The notes beneath the pieces were generated by a model. The model saw only the letters and a program-made list of their open reading frames with translations, was not told the DNA's origin and did no database searches. 64,000 nt of DNA from assembly GCA_963832135.1 (NCBI GenBank), contig CAWHTD010000026.1:252453-316452 (forward strand), in the 5' to 3' direction. The position numbers and the translations under genes are program-made. Shown here piece after piece: positions 63,924 through 64,000 of this stretch. The stretch's first letter is position 1; every line of letters starts with the position of its first letter. The DNA is from Vicinamibacteria bacterium. GTDB lineage: Bacteria > Acidobacteriota > Vicinamibacteria > Vicinamibacterales > JAENWD01.

Positions 63924-63998
63924 CGTGGAGGCGGGGCTTTAGCCCCGCGATCAGCCCGCTCGTCCAGGTGCACGCGGGGCTAAAAGCCCCGCCGACAC
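63924..63998. repeat. REP/REPIN-like hairpin doublet (B-type, heads-out)
   Basis: GTGGAG + GCGGGGC-TTTA-GCCCCGC (63930-63947) and GCGGGGC-TAAAA-GCCCCGC + CGACAC (63974-63998). Confidence 0.8.
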
Positions 63999-64000
63999 AA

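Noticed and set aside
1-64000. tRNA/rRNA/tmRNA genes.
   Set aside because: I scanned for T-loop-like GGTTCGAATCC/GTTCGA contexts. The few TTCGAA hits (e.g. ~4668, ~23821, ~43727) lie inside well-supported CDSs without flanking acceptor or anticodon stems. No rRNA-like conserved blocks were seen.

Overview
High-GC bacterial chromosomal segment, roughly two-thirds G+C by eye. The gene content looks like Acidobacteriota: an ADOP-type duplicated MacB/FtsX permease, a CarboxypepD_reg-type TonB-dependent receptor and many secreted hydrolases. I support about 60 protein-coding genes on both strands. They are densely packed and many are translationally coupled through ATGA/GTGA overlaps. I saw no rRNA, tRNA, CRISPR array, transposase, integrase or phage genes, and no recognisable defence system. 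Functional blocks are: a Leloir-like sugar-nucleotide operon (galT, IMPase-like, GHMP kinase, galE); ispG; NDH-2; a molybdopterin oxidoreductase; two D-aminoacylase paralogs; a MacAB-like efflux operon; an ECF sigma/anti-sigma/TlpA module; a TPM-LemA block; and an SPFH operon. The best candidate for an uncharacterised system is a tightly linked pair: a CCAEP-tail B12-binding radical SAM enzyme and an ATP-grasp ligase (28244-30922, minus strand). The non-coding DNA is unusually structured. It holds (i) a REP/REPIN-like superfamily of GC-rich tetraloop hairpins with GTAG/GTGG heads, covarying stems and fixed doublet geometries, and (ii) dispersed low-complexity word repeats (GAGAA, AACCTGACCAACC, AAGTG, GGTGCCWGGCAC, CGTCGTT), often arranged as long inverted arms. 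Three genes carry 11 frameshifts, all in the +1 direction, and 10 of them lie in two outer-membrane genes at 54.7-60.4 kb. This may be local consensus error or real decay. All coordinates of repeats and frameshift junctions were hand-indexed and may be off by a few nt. All family calls come from reading the translations, not from searches.
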